Shown here: positions 25,881 through 39,245 of the stretch, piece by piece
How positions within the stretch are numbered: position 1 is the first letter of the stretch
Layout of the letters: every line of letters starts with the position of its first letter
Assembly (NCBI GenBank): GCA_030390025.1
Contig: CM059432.1
Location: 142,044,001 to 142,108,000, forward strand
Direction: 5' to 3'
From: Squalus acanthias
Lineage: Eukaryota
DNA: 64,000 bases
Notes under the pieces: generated by a model
Databases searched by the model: none
Seen by the model: only the letters and a program-made list of their open reading frames with translations
Told to the model about the DNA's origin: nothing
Translations under genes and position numbers: made by a program

Positions 25881-26199
25881 CCAAATGGAAATTAAGTGGC
25901 TGGGAAAACTGGATCTTGCATATTTAAGCCTTAAAGGGGATAGATATTAGTTAAGTGTTCACTGACATTTTGTAACTTCATTAAATACAGAACAATATGG
26001 GAATCTAGTAATGAAGCTTCCAATTTTTAATATTTATGAAACGGTCTAGTGATGTGCCTGAAACTACAGACCAGTATGTTCATCGGCTGTAGGAAAAGTC
26101 TTTGAAATGACGGAGATCTGTTGGGTGATTTGCCCATTTCAGTGGTCTTCTCTGGTAACTTATTCCATAGCTATAACCCATTGGATGAACGTTCTGCCC

Positions 26200-27240
26200 G
26201 ACTTCCCTTCTTACTTTCAATTTCCTGCTTTTAGTTTGTGATGCAGGAAAGGCAATATTGTTGAATTAGGAAAAAATTTCTCGGAGTTATTGTGGACAAT
26301 TCTATGAATTGATCAGCAAGAACCTTGGCTGATGGGGCAAATAAGGTACAAGGTTGCGTTAGCAAAGGGTTTGAGTGCAAATCAAGAGAGATTGTATTGC
26401 GGTGTAAGATGTTGGTCGGACAACATCTGGAGTGTAAATGATTTAGAGCTGGGGTTGGAAGCAAAGCTGCCTTTGTTTACTGGTGACATCAAATGTGGAA
26501 ACAAGACAAACCACATACAATAGGAACAAGACAAACCACACACAAAGGAATCTTGGAAAGATGGGCCGGTTAGTATCAAGTGGGATCATCTTCCATTTGT
26601 CCACGTTAAAAGGAAATAAACAGTGGGGTTATAAACGCAAGTACAGTATAGTTCTGAGCTGCAGGACACAACACAGAACAAAGTTTTGGGAGTATTGTTG
26701 GACAGCTCACTGTGATGTGTAGTCAGAAGGATGAAACGAGTCGGTACAAGGCACTGTAATGGCCACTCCTGGAGTACCAAGTACAGTCCTGGTTGCTGCA
26801 CTGCACTGGAGTAAAGGTATATCGGCATTGGAGGTGGTACAGAAAAAGGCAACCAAACTGATAACTAGCTTAAGAATGTGAGCTATGAGTAGAGGCTGAA
26901 GAGCCTGGAATTGTTTACTCTGGAGAAAAGAAGACTTGGGCGATAATCAAGCTTCTTAATGGGGGATAGATAAATTGAACCCGGTTAATATGTTCAAGAT
27001 TGCCACAAACTCTAGAAGCAGAGGACACAGCCTCAAGATTAGAAGAGGGAAGGAAGGTCCACAAATAACATAGTTTTAACTACTTTACATGGAGGGTGGT
27101 GGATGTGTGGAATGGACTGCGTTGGGTGTGGTGGAAGAATTTAAGTGAGAATTGGAGACACTTGAGTTGGCGGGCATATTGAGAGGTATTGGATTTTGGG
27201 ACCAATTAGTGTCCTTTCTGATCCTGTAGTTTCCTACGGT
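26200..27240 (+). mobile_element. Old degenerate CR1 fragment
   Basis: Weak remnants of CR1 RT and C-terminal motifs. Confidence 0.5.
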
Positions 27241-27949
27241 ATCAACTGAATTTTCACCCCCCATCAACCCACAATTTTGTTGTAACAAGCAGTGTTTCTT
27301 ACCTGTACAGTTATGTAAAATGGTTTTCTTAAACATTTTTTCTACCCCTTCCTCATGGTGGGTAGGCAACTTAGTAAAATGCCTTCACCAGTGGTACAAT
27401 ATAACTTGTCATTATGATGGATACAAGAATGGTTGAGATTATGTCTTGTAGTTGAGATCTGTAACTCATTCTAGCTTTGCTTGGCCAGTTGAATGAATGT
27501 CTGAGGTGTATGGAAACCCATTGCCATGATATGGTGCTTCAAGTCAAACTACTAAGAAATCCACGGAAGTCAAGTTTCTGCTTGCCTGATGTGGAGTGCA
27601 CGCTTATTCACTGTAGGGACAATGCTCGCTTGCCTAAACCCTAGATAACTTAGGCCCAAATTGGAAAGAGCCAGTGCTTAGGGATTTCCCCAGCCTACAA
27701 ATGTGCATAAGCATAATGCTGAAGTTCAAGGAGCTAAAACCATGCAGTTTACCGGCACACAACACTGGCAAACGTCCCACTAGTTCTTTCCATTATAACA
27801 TTGGCTTGCAGGGTTATCTGGAGCTAAGCAGGAATAATTGCATCCGTGAAGCCACAAGTCTACCCTTCTAGGTCCCTTCAATGAGTTAAGCTAGCAGGTC
27901 GATCATGAATGGTGCTCTTGACAGTCACTTACCTCTTGATGTTGTCACA

Positions 27950-28985
27950 TCCTTAATCCAGACATGGATGCAAGAGTGGAATACCAGAGGAGAGGTGAGA
28001 GTAGCTGCCTCAGCATCAAGATAGTGTTTGACTGAGTATGGCGCCAAGGAGCCCTAGCAAAACTGGGGTCAATGAGAAAACTTCAGTGGCTGAAGTTCCT
28101 CAGGGCAGTGTCCTTGGCCCAACCAGCTTCAGCTGCTTCATCAATGACCTTCCTTCTGTCATAAGGGCAGGAGTGAGGCTGTTTTGCTGGTGATTCAATA
28201 GTATTCAGCTTCAATGACAACTATGAAATTGAAGTGGGCTGTGCCGACCTACAGCAGGACCTGGACAAGATCCATGTCTTGAAAAGAGGCAGGTAACATT
28301 CATGCTATGTAAGCGCCAGGCAATAATCTCTAAAAAGAGAAGAACCTAACCCTGACCTTCAATAGCACCACAATTGCTGAGTCCCCCACATCAACACCCT
28401 GCGGGGTCACCACTGACCAGAAGCTTAATTAGACCAACCATATCAACACACTAGCTACGAGAGCACGTCAGAGCCTGGGTAATCTGCTACAGATATCTCC
28501 CCTCCTGATCTCTCTCTGCCTCGCTACTAACTACAATGCTCAAGTCAAAAGTGATGGAATACTCACCGCTCGCCTAGAGGGTGCAGCTGCAACATCTCGA
28601 AGTTCAACACTGTCCAGGACATACCAGGCTTGACTGGCACCCCTGCCACTGAACTCTGTGTCCACCTCATCCACCACTGATGCACTGTGTTGCTGCAGGA
28701 TGCACTGCAGTCAAGTTGCCCAGCCCCGCAACCTCTACCATCAACAAGGACAAGAGCAGCAATGTCATAGGAACACCATCATCTCCAAGTCACACACCAT
28801 TTTGACCTGGACATCTAGTAGCGTTCCTTCATTGTTGCTGCATTTAAATCCTGGAATTCCCTACCTAACACCCATCACCACAAGGGCAGCAACAATTCAA
28901 CAAGATGGCCCGCCATCACCTTTTCAGGACAGCTAGGGATGGCAGTAAATGTGGCATTGCCAGCGTCCCAAGAGCAAATAGAAAA
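27950..28985 (+). mobile_element. Old copy of the CR1-like LINE family seen at 53490-58088
   Basis: VPQGSVLGP..FSCFINDLPS remnant and tail GGGATGGCAGTAAATGTGGCATTGCCAGCG. Confidence 0.75.
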
Positions 28986-29504
28986 ATGTGCATCATTGGC
29001 CAACTGAGGAGCATGGATTTTTAGTCCTTGCTGGGCTGATAGCAGGTACCAGCAACAACTCACCATAAAATGTGAGCACATTGCTGATAATCTCCTGACT
29101 GCAGCACAGGTAGATAGCATACCCCATCAAATTCTGGTTCCACCAGTTGGAGATGCAGCAACTACTTACCACTGCAACCCAATCAAGGTTGGGCCACAGA
29201 CATAGAAAGCCAGACACCCCCAATAGAACAGTCTGAGCCATGGATGTCCGATCGTGTTCACATACCCGTCCTCCAGGTAATGTCTTCCGGTAATTATTGT
29301 CCCGAGCCAGTAACCCTGCAAGTTAATACTGTTATGTGGCAGTGTTTTAACAGGTGGCCCATTAACCAACTCTGGCCCAGAAGTGTTTGTTTGCATATTA
29401 AACACACACACAGAGTTGGGTTTAACTATAGTTAGTTTCACTGGGAGCTGAAGATAACCGTGATTGAAATTGACTTTGTGCTCTTAATACGAGAACAAAT
29501 GAGA

Positions 29505-29790
29505 ACTGGATGGTGACTGTCCACAGGCCCAGGTTGAACGTGAGGGGGTCGCTCCTGCTGCCTGCCTGCCTCTCTTCCGCATCCTTGTCTGCGCCCGGGT
29601 GGCCCTGGAGAAGGAGCATGCAGTGCTTGAGGCTTTCCGCGACCGGTGGGCACTGCAGGGGCTGGAGGGCGTAGTTAACACAGTGTAAATAATATTATGA
29701 TTCAATTTATTAAGTTTCCTTTCTTTTCCATAATTTTGGGTGTTTATTGTTTGTGCCCTTTTAAAAAGGGGGCACTTTGGATATTTGAGT
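29505..29790 (+). mobile_element. Tx1-like LINE 3' fragment
   Basis: Translates CLPLFRILVCARVALEKEHAVLEAFRDRWALQGLEG, resembling Tx1 ORF2 C-termini as recalled. AT-rich 3' UTR follows. Confidence 0.6.
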
Positions 29791-30950
29791 TGATTACAGC
29801 AGGGGCGTTGTCCTAATTGTCCAATAAGAAGCATAGAAGGGAGAATGGGCTGGACAGCTTAGCTTGCTGCTTTACAGATTTCCCAGGTTGAAAAGGCTTC
29901 GTCAATTTAGACCAATCAGGAAGTAGCTTCTTGCACCAATCAGCTCTCCAGCCTGGGAAACTTAACAGGTGAGGCTAAATCTTCCTTGTTTTCAGTGTGG
30001 GGGAAGGAGAAGGAGGGGGAATGAGAATGGTATGGGGTGGGCCTCGCCTTATTTTGTTTATGGAGATGCTGCCTTTCTGTTTGGGGTGTCTGGCTTTCTA
30101 TGTGCATGGGTAGACTCTATTTTTGTGTTCAGATGGTAATGCTTTTTTGGACATGGGCCGAACAATATTTATGTATTGTGGGTTTGAATTTTTGTGAATA
30201 GGGGTGTGTGAATTCTCTGTGTATCAGGGCTCACATTTGTGCTGAATTATTTGGCCCACTCACTGGTTTTAACATGAGTATCAGGCGCCTAGCTCCAAAT
30301 GGCTAAGATTGTTCCAGCTGAATAAATGGTGGGAAGCTTACCAGTGCTCTGTCCTGGTATACTGCATGGTTTTAATTTAGTTAGACTCCAGCAACATTCC
30401 TACGCATATGTACTGTGGAGATTGCCTAAGCATTGGCTTTTGCCCACCTCTGCTTAGACTTATCTGGGTTTGGCTAAATGGGCTTCACCTTTACAAGGAA
30501 AGAGTGTGCACTGAATATCCGCTACATGATAAATATTAGCCTTCAGTGTGATTTTAAAGGCGTGTAAGACTGCCTGTGACATGGAGCCAATGTGATGTGC
30601 TAGTTGATCAAGTCCAGTGGTGTCACCAGCTACATAATCTAGGTCCTCCTGAACGGGGTTTTGGGGAAGAGATGTGGATGCTGTGACTCTTCTGCTGGGC
30701 GACACATTGGTGACTGTTTCTCTTTTCTTTTTGCCACAAATCCATCTTGCACTTTCGTCTTGGACTCACGCCATGGCTGAAAGAAACCCTTCCGTTGGAA
30801 CCCAAGTCCTACCTCTCCGAACACATTATAAGCCATCAAGATGCATTGCCCAGTTCTACCCGTAGCTCGCCCTCACCATTGCTGAAACCCTTATCCTTGC
30901 TTTTGTCTCCTCTGCACCTGATTTCTCCAATGTCCTCCTCCACCCTTCAT

Positions 30951-31430
30951 GTGTCAGCCGTGGCTCAGTGGATCGCACTCTTGACTCTGAGTCAGTAGGT
31001 TGTGGGTTCGAGTCCCACTCCAGAGACTTGAGCACAAAAATCTAGGTTGACACTCCAGTGCAGTGCTGAGGGAGTGCAGCACTGTCGGAGGTGCCGTCTT
31101 TCGGCTGAGACGTTAAACCGAGGCTCCGTCTGCTCTCTCAGGTGGACGTAAAAGATCCCACGGCACTATTCCGAAGAAGAGCAGGGGAGTTACTCCAGTG
31201 TCCTGGCCAATATTTATCCCTCAACCAACATCACTTAAAAAAAAAAGGAACAGATTATCTGCTTATTATCACATTGCTGTTTGTGGGAGCTTGCTGTGTG
31301 CAAATATGGCTGCCGCGTTTCCTACAGTGACTACACTTCAGAAGTACTCTGTAAAGCGCTTTGGGATGTCCTGAGGTCGTGAAAGACGCTATAGAAATGC
31401 AAGTCTTCCTTTGTTGGTTTCTTTCTTTCA
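30951..31430 (+). mobile_element. SacSINE1-like Deu-SINE inserted into an old L2-like fragment (~30860-31855)
   Basis: Complete head, Deu core and tail; flanks continue an L2-like 3' sequence. Confidence 0.88.
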
Positions 31431-32292
31431 TAAGCTCCCAGCTAGTCCACAGTGTATCCTGTCCTGCATGAATGCATCATCCTGGTCCTTGTGAGTTGTG
31501 CAGGCTCTCCTGTTCCCCAAAGCATTGAACTTAAAACTGTTGTACTCCTCTTACTATCCCTCCATAGCCTCGTTCTACCCTACCTCTGCACTCTCCTTCA
31601 GCTTTATGTTTCTTTGGTCTCCTAGCATAGCCTTTCTGTGCATGACTTTCTTCACTCCCACTAACTGTGTCTTCAGCTGCCTCAACCTTACTCTCTGCAG
31701 CTCACTTCTCTCTCCACCTTTAAAAACCCATCTCTTTTGATCAAGCGTTGGGTCACCTCTCTTAACTCTCCCAGCAAGGCTTGGCGTCCCCTTCCGGATA
31801 GTGCGTTGGGATATTTTTCTTTATTACAGGTGCGATATGAGAGCAAGTTGTTTGCTACACCAGTACAGTCATCACTGGCTTTAAATATTAGTTCGCTGTC
31901 AATTTGGGATTTTATGGTACTGCACCTTAGCTTAAGATCTCCAAAGGAAAAGTGCTTGCTCCATGATTTGAAGCTTCACTCAGCGAGGATAATACAGTAA
32001 AGGTGGAGCAAAAAACAGCTGCTTATTATAGCACAGATGTCCCATGGAAAGTAGTTTTTTTAATAAGATCTGTGTAAATATCCTGTTTGGTGAAACCAAA
32101 TACAGGCTGATCAAATTTGCTAACAAGACAAAAATAGGGAAACCTGTAAAGACTGAGGGTCCAGCAAAAATATCTGCAGAAGGATTTATATTATCTGTAT
32201 AATTGGACAAATGTGTAGCAAATGAGACTTAATACTGATAAATATAGAGCATTATACATAGGTCAATTGTGGACACAAGTATAGAATGAATG

Positions 32293-32388
32293 CGAAGAGA
32301 TCTCCACAGATGCTGCCTGACCTGCTGAGTATTTCCAGCATTTTCTCTCATTATTTCAGATTTCTTGCATCTGTGGTATTTTGCTTTT
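32293..32388. mobile_element. Short PLE-like terminal fragment
   Basis: Same sequence as one arm of 4988-5212. 14-bp TSD GTATAGAATGAATG at 32279-32292 and 32389-32402. Confidence 0.7.
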
Positions 32389-32849
32389 GTATAGAATGAA
32401 TGGGATAGAGTTAGTGCACTGAGACTTATAAAGGGACCTATTCAGTTTTGGTGGTCATGGTAAAAAAAACATTTTACTCGCATTTAGAGTAAGGCAGCAA
32501 GCGTGAAGAGGCTGAGCTATGAGGAATGATTCGGGAAGCTTAAACTTTGCAGCCCTGAAAGAGAATTGGTTACAGGCTATCTCGTCGAATTATCTAAAAT
32601 ATTAAATGGAATAAATGAGGTAAATCCAGATTATTACATCCAAACAATACTTATAAGAAAATAGGACTGCCAGACACAAGTAAAATTGGTGAACATTAAA
32701 TTTAAAATAGCTGTCAGGTAAAGGTTATTTGCTCGGTGCTGACAGCAGAGTTAATGTATTGGAGGAGTGAGCTTTAATGGACTGAAAGTCTCCCCTTCTA
32801 CCTGAAATTTTCTTATGTTCTAATTTTTTTTCTTCCTCTCAATTACTAG

Positions 32850-33016
32850 CAATCGAACAAAGAATGAAGATTGATCAAAAGAATTCCACTGAAAGTTGTC
32901 CTCCAGACTCCAGTGATGCTGTGATAGATCGCAGCATTGGAGAGCCCAATGTGGATTCTACAAGGCACTTAATCAGAAGATCCGTTCGACAGACTTATTT
33001 TAAAAGAGGAACTGAG
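32850..33016 (+). CDS. TOPAZ1: TOPAZ1 first detectable exon (first in-frame ATG at 32864; an upstream exon is implied)
   Basis: Polypyrimidine/TAG acceptor and GAG|GTAAGG donor. Phase 0 join in frame with the large exon. No homology recognised in this exon. Confidence 0.7.
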
Positions 33017-33079
33017 GTAAGGATTTTTACTCTGGAAGACTACTTGTAAATATTATTAGAAACCTTACTTGTAAATATA

Positions 33080-33420
33080 ACGTAGAGAAAATGTTTCCAC
33101 TTGTGGGGGAGATCAAAACTAGGGGCTATAAATATCAGATAGTCACTAATAAATCCAGTAGGGATATTCAGGAGAAATTTCTTTACCCAAAAGGTGGTGA
33201 GAATGTGGAACTCACTACTACAAGGAGTGGTTGAGGTGAATAGCATAAATGCATTTAAGGGGAAGCTAGATAAACACGAGGGAGAAAAGAAGAGAAGGCG
33301 ATGCTAACAGGGTGAGATGAAGTAGGGTGGGAGGAGGCTCGTGTGACGCATAAACACCGGCATAATCCAGTTGGGCCAAATGGCCTGTTTCTGTGCTGTA
33401 TATTTTATGTAATTCTATGT
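33080..33420 (+). mobile_element. CR1 3' fragment
   Basis: RRNFFTQKVVRMWNSL remnant and ATTCTATGT tail. Confidence 0.75.
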
Positions 33421-33872
33421 AAAAGTTAAAGAATGTGACGCTTTTGTAAAGACAACATTGGCGGAATGGATGGTACAGCAGGTAAGGATGATGACCTCAA
33501 TCCAGATTGATGGGATGGAAAGACTCTTGGAGCCTTTGCAGCCATCAGCGTCTCTGCCTATTCCCCAGCACTGAGAATGAATGTTGCTCAGACCGCAGGA
33601 GTGGATGGCATGGGAAATAAGTGTTTCAATACAGTAAAAATAAAAGATTGAGATTGTTAGAAAAGTGTAGAGGGAAATATTTGTTGCTCATAAATCAGAT
33701 TCTGCTCATACCTATCTGGGCGTGCTTGCTGCTGATAATGGGTGGCAAAGTTTTGTTATCCAGAGCAAGCATTTCTTGCCCTAAATACAGACTCGATCCA
33801 AAAAATAAAACTTAAGTTATAGCGTGAAATATCAAGCATTCAGTAGTGATATGTTACAATTCTATTTTTCAG

Positions 33873-36094
33873 GAAAGCAAGACTGTTCCTGTGCAGCTGT
33901 GTGACTACATAATGCCCAAAGAGCTTATAGGGCTCCCACAGTCTTCAGTATGTGACCTTTTCAATCAGTGTAATGACGTCTGCAGTAAGTCAGTAAAAGG
34001 TCCCAAAACCAAAAGGTACCAAGCAAGAAAACGGAAAAAGGACCACGGCTGCGAGGATTGTAAAGTGGCCGATGTGATTAAAAACAATTGGGGGAGCACA
34101 GAGCTCATAGCAACAATTGAACCTCTTCAGGTTAACCTAAAGAGAAATGGTTGTAGCAAGATAAATCCTTCAGTAGAACTATCGAAATGTGTTAAGCGAA
34201 ATCATAGCAAGAGTAAATCAGCGGGTATGGAAGTTGTAACAGAAAGTGTATTATCTGGGAACAGCACTAAAATACTGCTGGAAACGGGACCATCAGAGCT
34301 GTCCAGAGTAATTCAGAACCGGATACAGCATCTTAAAGCTCTTGATAAAGCGCATTTAGAGACTGGTAATGTATCTGTTGATGTTGAAAAGACTCGAGCA
34401 TCTAATGTTCCTGAAGCTTGTTCTGAAATAGGACTTAAACCAGGACCTTTAGAATTATCCTGGCATCCCAGAGGTTTGGTTTGGCAACGTAAGTGCCAAG
34501 ATACCACAGCTTGGAGCAAAGCGGATTCTACAGATGTACCAGGAGACTGTTTAGAAGTGGAAATAACAGCATTGCCTGATGTTGGAGCACGAGAACTAAC
34601 TGCTGGCTTTAAGCCTGTTGGTGTTGTCGTACCTGATGAGGCGGAAGGACTTTCTGAAAGCTGCAAAAGAAAGGCAAGCGAGCGTGTGCACTCTGAGGCT
34701 TCTGTTGCACAATTTGGTTGTGCGAGAACGACACCAGTCACTCTGGATACTTGTGCTCGAGCTCGGCCATTCATGAGAACAAAACTGTGCCCAAAGTTTT
34801 GGTTTGGTTCAGAATGGTATTACAGACAAAAAGCAGGTGAACTGCGCAGTGACACACCAGCGCTCGAGCCAAAATCAGGAACATTGCCTCGTCAAGGTTT
34901 ACTCCACAAAGCGGTCAGCAATTTTGCTGGCAATCAAGGAAATTTGGAATCAGTTGAGAGTGCTGTTTATCTGTTGGACATGTTGTCCTTGGAAGTGCCT
35001 GAATTAAAGGCAGTTAACAAAGATAATCTGAGGAACAAATCACTATTAGAAAATAATTGCAGTTGTGCATCTTTTGCAAGTGACAAGGTAGCTAAAGTAC
35101 AGCCATCAGTACACTTCTCTAAGTACCCCAATGTTGTAGTAGAATATGGTAGACAGTTAAAAGATGCATATGATAATGTTAAAACATCCCCACCAATCAA
35201 TGTGCTAAATAGCTCCAAAATGGCAAATGGTGTCTGTGGTGAAGGAAAAAAATGTCCAATCAGGAAAAGTGAATTGAATTTTCTAAGTTCAGCTGCTCAT
35301 TGCACTAAAAGCCTAATGTCAACAAAACTACCAGCATCCCACATTTCTTTGTGCAATGATATAGAAGGAAAAGCAACCGTAGACTACCAAGGACACAAGA
35401 CAGTTCAGGATAAATTTACTCCAAGGAAAGGCTGCGCAAAGGAAATGAATGATACGCAGCCAGCGGTGATCCCCATTCACCAGAATGAATCTTTGGAGTT
35501 GAGCTGTGATCGATTGGATGGACAGTGCCGTCTTGAACCTAGTGAACAGACTGGGAGTGAGGGATTTGTTGAGGGTTGCCCTTTATTAGGTTTAGAAAAC
35601 AATACAGAGAAACAATCAAAGATAGTGGAAGTCAACTGTGATTCATTATTTGTGTCCCTGTGGCCAGATGGTAATTGCAACCTTGAAAAACCATTGAACT
35701 CTCTGTGGAAGAGAAGTGCTGAAAATACCTCTTTATTAGAAAACCAGCAAGTGCTTCCATCTCCAAAGGAGTCTTTTATTGCAACACAAACAACTGCAGA
35801 CCGTGAAGTCAGTGAAATACTGGACAGGAGCTCTGAAAAGAAATGGACTGTACAGGGGGTGCCTGACGTCATAAGGGCCTACGAAGAAGATGCCCTTGTG
35901 CTCGATGTGATTCAAGATGACCCAGAGCTATTTGGCAGCCCCAGTAATACTGATGAGGTGGTGCAGACTGCTGGGCAATTGGTGGGTCTGCAAGAAGCTA
36001 GTTGTAGGAAAGCGGAATTAAAATCTGTAGACGGTAACCTTGAAAGTGAACCGGACGGCAATCGGCAGAAGAATTCAAATGAAAGGGCCTCCAG
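33873..36094 (+). CDS. TOPAZ1: TOPAZ1 large exon (2222 bp)
   Basis: Lies inside the 784-aa ORF. TTTTTCAG acceptor, CAG|GTGTGT donor (phase 2). Motifs FGCARTTP...CAR and DVIRAYEEDALVLDVIQDDPELFG match recalled vertebrate TOPAZ1 (YEDDVLLIDVIQDDPDLFG). Confidence 0.92.
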
Positions 36095-36929
36095 GTGTGT
36101 GTGCGGTTTCCATTCACTTTTAATTGGTTATTTGATAAAGCTGTATTTTAAGTTGGAGAAGAACAGAGTTTACAGAATATGTCCAAGTCGTTATTGCTAA
36201 AGCTATGAAAATCTTTTTTTAAAAATCATTGAGTGTACTGCATTACAGGAAGGGAAAGAGTTGGAAAAAATGAATTCAATTGCAGTAACAAGTCATCCAG
36301 TCACATTTCTAATAAGTTAGTAACCAATTTTCACCTTATTTCTACACTGATCAGGGGTGAAATTACTCTTAGTGTACATTGCAGGATGCATTAAATGAGT
36401 TAATTTCAGGGTATCAAGGGATACGGATCAACGGCAGGTAAATGAAGTTGAGGTACAGATTAGCCCTGATCTAGCTGAATGGCCTTCTCCTGTCCCTATT
36501 ACACAAAAAATGTTCGCTGACTTCCAGTGACATTTCTTAATGAGTAGTCTCGCATCTGGATTGCAGCTGTGATGTTGAACCTGGTGTCATTTTGAGCCAG
36601 GGGACGGTGCACTGTGAGGGAGCCAGGGCAGCAGAGCTCAGCAGGGTCATTGCCAAGGTGTGGAGCAGAGTGAGGAGAGGCAGAGTTTCAAAAATGAAGA
36701 CCAGTGCGTGTCCACAGCGATCTGTTTACTAACGCTGGGAGTGTGGCCGTTTCTTGGATATGTTTTCCATTTAGTAAGCTGGGACAACATGTTTTTGATC
36801 AGAAAATCAGAATGTGTCACAAGTTTTTTCTTCCATAGCAAGATTGCCCATTGGTAGAGTAAGCCACAACTTTTATGTTCTCAAGATGTGGCTGGCTGGC
36901 AAATTTTATTGTCTATCCTAGTTGCTTAA

Positions 36930-37470
36930 AGAATCATAGAAACTTACAGCCATACGGCCCGTCGTGCCTGTGCCGGCTCTTTGAAAGAGCAGTTGTGCGT
37001 AGACCCACACCCCTGCTTTTTGGCCGTAACCCTGTAAGTTCCTCCTCCTCCAGTACCTGTCCAACTCCCTTTTAAAATTATTGATGGAATCAGCTTCCAC
37101 CACTTTTTCAGGTAAAATGTTCCAGATTCCAGATTCGGAGTGAAAATTATTTTCCTCCTCTCTAGATTTTTTGTCAATGATTTTAAATCTATGACCCCTG
37201 GTTATTGACTCCCTTGCCAGAGGGAATAGTTTTTCTCTATCTACTCTATCAAAACCTCTCATCATGTTGAAAACTTCTATTCGGTCACCTCTTAACAGTC
37301 CTAACTTTTCCAACCTCTCCTCACTGCTGAAGTCCCTCATCCTGGTAAACCTCCTCTGTACCCTTTCTAAGGCCTTTACATCTTTCCTGAAGTGTGGTGC
37401 CCAGAATTGTCCACAAGACTCCAGCTGAGGCCTAACCCAGTGATTAAAAGTGCTAGCATGATCTCTTTGC
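36930..37470 (-). mobile_element. CR1 3' fragment
   Basis: ORF 36918-37340 contains RGFDRVDREKLFPL...RGHRFKI. Confidence 0.8.
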
Positions 37471-37574
37471 TAGAAGCTGGTGGATGAGCCTTATTCTTGA
37501 ACAGGCAATTGTTTGTATAACGAAGGCCCCTTCAGCGGGCAGAAGAATCAACTATGTAATGAACTAGTCACATA

Positions 37575-37762
37575 GGAAAGGACGGCAGGCTCCCTTTTCT
37601 AAAGGAGATTTGTGAACCAGTTGGTTTTTCATGGCTGCCTTTCACGGTCCTAGTTTTCTGGTGTTGACTAGATTTTATTCAATTCAGTTTGACATGGTGG
37701 GACTTGAACTCACGACCACTGGGCTGCTAATGCCAGTGCCATAACCACTGTGCTACTGTACC
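37575..37762 (-). mobile_element. Old copy of the tRNA-like head found at 57760-58088
   Basis: Shares GTGAACCAG.TGG.TTTT, GGTGGGA.TTGAACTCACG and CATAACCAC...GCTAC.GTACC with that head. Another fragment at ~37900-37992 (+). Confidence 0.6.
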
Positions 37763-38782
37763 TGTGCACGTCCCACGGTCCTTATTCCTTTATTAGACTA
37801 AGGAAGTAGCATCATAAGCTGCATTCTGGGAGTTGTCTAGCTGAGTGATGTACCCATTCTGAGAATTGCAGTTCAGTAGTGTGAAAAAACGAGTGCAATA
37901 GTTTCGTGGTTAAGGTACTGGAGCAATAAAGATTGTAAATTTAATTCCCACCATGAAAGTTGTTGGATTGTCGTAAAAACCCAACTGGTTCTGGTTGTGA
38001 TACATATATCCACTCCTCCCTCCCCGCTCCTGGCTCCAAAAGGTTAGAAACCCCCGAGTTACTATTTAAATAAAAATGAAATCTCTTTTTTTCAACTGTT
38101 CATGTCTTTTGATAAACGTTGTGGCTGGATGGACTGAAGCTGTTAAATTTTGGGACTGCTTTAGATATTTGCTTGGGTTCAGCAATGCTGATCACTCCTG
38201 TAAGCATTCCAAGATTGTTTATCGAGAAGGGATAAAGGCAGTAAGTATTTAAGTTGGTTCCCCCCCCAAGTGATTTACATCTAGCAGTGCGATGAATTAA
38301 AATTATTGGGTTCCTATAGGTTGGGTGTTTTCCATTTCTATACTCTGAGATTTGTTAGAACGAATTCACATGTGTGGTATAAGTGAAAATGTAGCACAAT
38401 GGATCGAAAGCTTGTTGACGGACAGGAATTAAATAATTAGGGTTAATTGGCGTTGTGCAAATTAGGCAAGGGTTGGAAGTGATTTACCCCAGAAGTCAGT
38501 GCTGGGTCTGTTTTCGGAGGAAATAACAAGGAATGGGAATATAACATCGATAGAAAGATGCTTAAGAGTGTGGAGGAACAAGGAGACCGAGGGGTGCAAA
38601 TACATCATTCCTTGAAAGTGCGAATGGAAGTACAGTAGATAAAACTGTAAAATGGCCAGGAGCAGATAGGGTTGTTTTATACAAGAGTAAAGCAATTATG
38701 ATAACTTTGCATAAAGTAGTGGTTAAACTACACTGTACATTTTTGGGGCCCCTATACTGAAATTATATTGAAGTCACAGAGA

Positions 38783-39245
38783 AAGAAAGAAAGACTTGCA
38801 TTTATATAACGCCTTTCACGACCACTGGACGTCCCAAAGCGCTTTACAGCCAATTAAATACTTTTGAAGTGTAGTCACTGTTGTAATGTAGGAAACGTGG
38901 CAGCCAATTTGCGCACAGCAAGTTCCCACAAACAGCAATGTGATCATCTGTTTTTGTTATGTTGATTGAGGGATAAATATTGGCCAGGACACCGGGGATA
39001 ACGCCCCTGTTCTTCTTCGAAATAGTGCCATGGGATCTTTTACATCCACCTGAGAGAGCAGACGGGACCTTGGTTTAACGTCTCATCCGAAAGACGGCAC
39101 CTCCGACAGTGCAGCACTCCCTCAGTACTGCACTGGAGTGTCAGCCTAGATTTTTTTTTTGTGCTCAAGTCTCTGGAGTGGGATTTGAACACACAACCTT
39201 CTGACTCAGAGGCAAGGGTGCTACCCACTGAGCCACAGCTGACAC
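38783..39245 (-). mobile_element. SacSINE1-like Deu-SINE inside an old CR1 fragment (~38370-39715)
   Basis: Full-length reverse copy flanked by a 53-bp direct repeat. Confidence 0.9.

Noticed and set aside
30300..30860. Possible Penelope RT remnant on the minus strand (FKITLKANIYHV)
   Set aside because: Only a faint resemblance with no catalytic motifs; cannot be supported without a profile search.
36095..36200. TOPAZ1 ending at the ORF stop at 36200 (single-exon gene)
   Set aside because: The donor at 36095 and conserved downstream exons show this is intron read-through.
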